Source: Cetorhinus maximus
Lineage: Eukaryota
DNA: 64,000 nucleotides
Assembly: GCF_964194155.1 (NCBI RefSeq)
Contig: NC_135901.1
Coordinates: 21,080,001 to 21,144,000 of the forward strand
Direction: 5' to 3'
Below, in pieces: positions 61,852-64,000 of this stretch. The first letter of the stretch is position 1; the number at the start of each line of letters is the position of its first letter. The translations under genes and the position numbers were made by a program. The notes beneath the pieces are model-generated. The model was not told where the DNA came from. It saw nothing but the letters and a program-made list of their open reading frames with translations, and searched no databases.

Positions 61852-62571
61852 TTTTTTTTTTCAGGTTTAACATTTTATTGCAAAGTTGCACTTTTTACCA
61901 AACTCATCCTCACACTAAAGCCTTTTTATTCTCTTGTGACAAAGAATATAAATACACTAAAAGATTTTTAAAACAAAAAAAGTTACAGAATGGGTTTCTT
62001 AGATACATCAGTCATGAATCAACTCATCCACAAAAAAGAATTCAATTCAAAAGGAAGCTTGGTACAAGGTTGGAATCCCACTTTAGATATCATCAATGTC
62101 CTCATCATCGTCCCCAATATCGTCAAACTGGATTTCATCATCATCACTAGGTCCAAAGGTGTCTGTTTCATTGATTTTGGCATGCTCTGGAAGTTCACCT
62201 TAGGCTTTTAAACTTCTTGCCTCATCCGCATTATATTTCAGGATGACATCAGCCTTATTATCCTGATAATCTCTCAACCCAACCAATATAATGTCTGACG
62301 TGTTTATCCAAACCTTCTTTCTCAGCTTCCCTCGAATATGGCAAAGCCTCTTCACACCATCAAAACACATGGCTTCCAAACGTCCATTGCCCAGCATCTT
62401 AATCACCTGGGCATATTCCTGACCATCTTCTTTAAACACCAGCTCACGTTTCTCGGACTCATTTTCATTCTTACCACGTCGCCTGTTCTTACCTCCCTTA
62501 CCTTTATTCTTGGGCATAGCTCTACGTGTGTCCGCGGCCTCCGGCTGCTCCTGTTCACCGCACACCGCACT
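61852..62571 (-). pseudogene. EIF1AX: EIF1AX (eIF1A) processed pseudogene
   Basis: Intronless 144-codon frame 62517-62083 ([15 protein letters not shown]...DEDIDDI*) with one nonsense codon (62200-62202). AATAAA at 61874-61879, poly(A) at 61852-61861, 17-bp TSD. Confidence 0.97.
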
Positions 62572-63019
62572 TTCCCTAGAAAGGCTGCATTTATTTGTGC
62601 TACAACACCAGGGGAAGTACTTCCTGCATCAACACAAAGACAGTGTGAGTCGTGGAAAGCGAGAGTCGCTTTTAAGTGCAGCTGGTGTCTTATATCTCAT
62701 TTTACCATTTGCTGCTGGACTGACATTCTAAATTAAGTTTTGAAATACAAGCTGAAATCTGGTATCAGGGAGTAAATTAAAACACAATCATGTTAGGATT
62801 GACTGTTCCCCAAAATCCTGTCAGTCAAATTCTCATCAGAAATACATCAGGGGATTGTATTTTAATAGGTCTTTTCACAGATGCCATAAAATGACTTATT
62901 TTTAAATAAATATGAACATAGTCTTCAGTAAATAAATAATAAATAACGATATTTAATAAAACAACCACCCAATGTAGGGTTCGACACTCTGACTCTGGGT
63001 TTCTGATCTCCATTAACCA

Positions 63020-63500
63020 CTAACTGAGCGGCCGCTTTGCGGATCCACAAAGTGTTTCCAAATCCTCTCCGTCCAGCCACCGGCTCCATCGCTCCCTCCC
63101 CCCAGGGCCTGTCACCGCGGGGTAAACACGGGGCCTGGGGCCTACCCCAGAAGTTGATCCAGTTCCCAGTCCAGCCGCGGTTTCCATTCCTACCCTGTGC
63201 TCACAATCTCCTCCCGCCTCCCGAACCGTCCGATCCTCCTCACTCTGTCACCATGACTGACACTGAGCATGCTCAGAGCGCACACCCACACTGCACCTGC
63301 GCAGTGGGAGCCGGGCTCACCGGCCGTCGCCATCTTGGGAGAGGAAAGCGAGTCTGTTCAGGGAGCCGGGCGTATGGGCGGCCATCTTAGTGAGGGAACG
63401 GGTGAATGAGGATGGGGCTTCCTCCCCGGTGACAGGCCCGGGTTACCCGGGCAACCGGCCGCCGCCATCTTGTGCTGAGGGTTTTCCATCCGGGTCTTTA
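63020..63500. promoter_or_regulatory. CpG-island promoter upstream of ZNF copy 11
   Basis: CpG-rich. Three YY1-like GCCATCTT sites (about 63328, 63381, 63463). Palindrome CTGAGCATGCTCAG at about 63263. Minus-strand donor-like GTGAGC at about 63198-63203. Confidence 0.7.
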
Positions 63501-63624
63501 GTGAAGGAATGGACAATAAGGTGGAGTCAGTTTGAAAACTGTTCAGAGGAAGGTCTGAAATCAGATTTACATCCAGATACCTGTAAGGACAATAAAGTTT
63601 ACATCAATTATGTGTTTAAAATGA

Positions 63625-63782
63625 AATCAGAATGCTGGAAATACTCAGTTCTGAAGAAGAATCATATTGGATTGGAAATGTTAAATCTGTTTCTCTCTCT
63701 TCAGAGAAGCTGCCAAACCTGCTGAGGATTTCCATAACTTTCTGTTTTTATTTCAGATTTCCAGCATACACCGTATTTTACT
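63625..63782 (+). mobile_element. degenerate Penelope 3'-end fragment with short inverted arm
   Basis: CTGAAGAAGAATCATATTGGATTGGAAA plus the CCTGCTGAG...TTTCCAGCAT tail. Confidence 0.65.
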
Positions 63783-64000
63783 AAAATTATATTTCTTTGA
63801 AATTTTGTTGCATATCTAGTTAAGAGTAAAATAATTGTTACCATTTAAATGTACAAATCAGTGATATTTATTTGTGTAACTGAGACTCGGCTGTTCAGGA
63901 ACAATGTTAGAAATCAGTTCACAGAAAATATAGTGGAAATCTGGAATTCTGTTGAGATTCAGACAATTGAAAATAAATAACACAGATTGCCGGACGTTTG

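Overview
Vertebrate genomic DNA. The repeat content and gene type fit a cartilaginous fish such as a shark, but this is an inference. The window is a cluster of about 11 C2H2 zinc-finger (ZNF) gene copies, each with its finger array in one exon and no recognisable KRAB, SCAN or BTB domain. Five have long intact finger ORFs; the rest are pseudogenes or remnants. Most are arranged as head-to-head pairs around CpG-rich promoters with NRF1, YY1, CCAAT and GC-box motifs. Introns and intergenic DNA are filled with CR1, L2 and RTE LINE fragments, Penelope-like elements with minimal hammerhead motifs, a decayed Copia (GalEa-like) element, solo LTR-like elements, a hAT-like element with an internal minisatellite, and an EIF1AX processed pseudogene. 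The most notable observations are: (1) an in-frame TGA shared by six ZNF paralogs, exactly 39 nt upstream of a Kozak-ATG position in a finger linker; (2) a frame-preserving 17-codon block after the ZNF stop codon; (3) fold-back Penelope insertions with 14-15 bp TSDs, one recording a double template switch. All coordinates and identities were read by eye.
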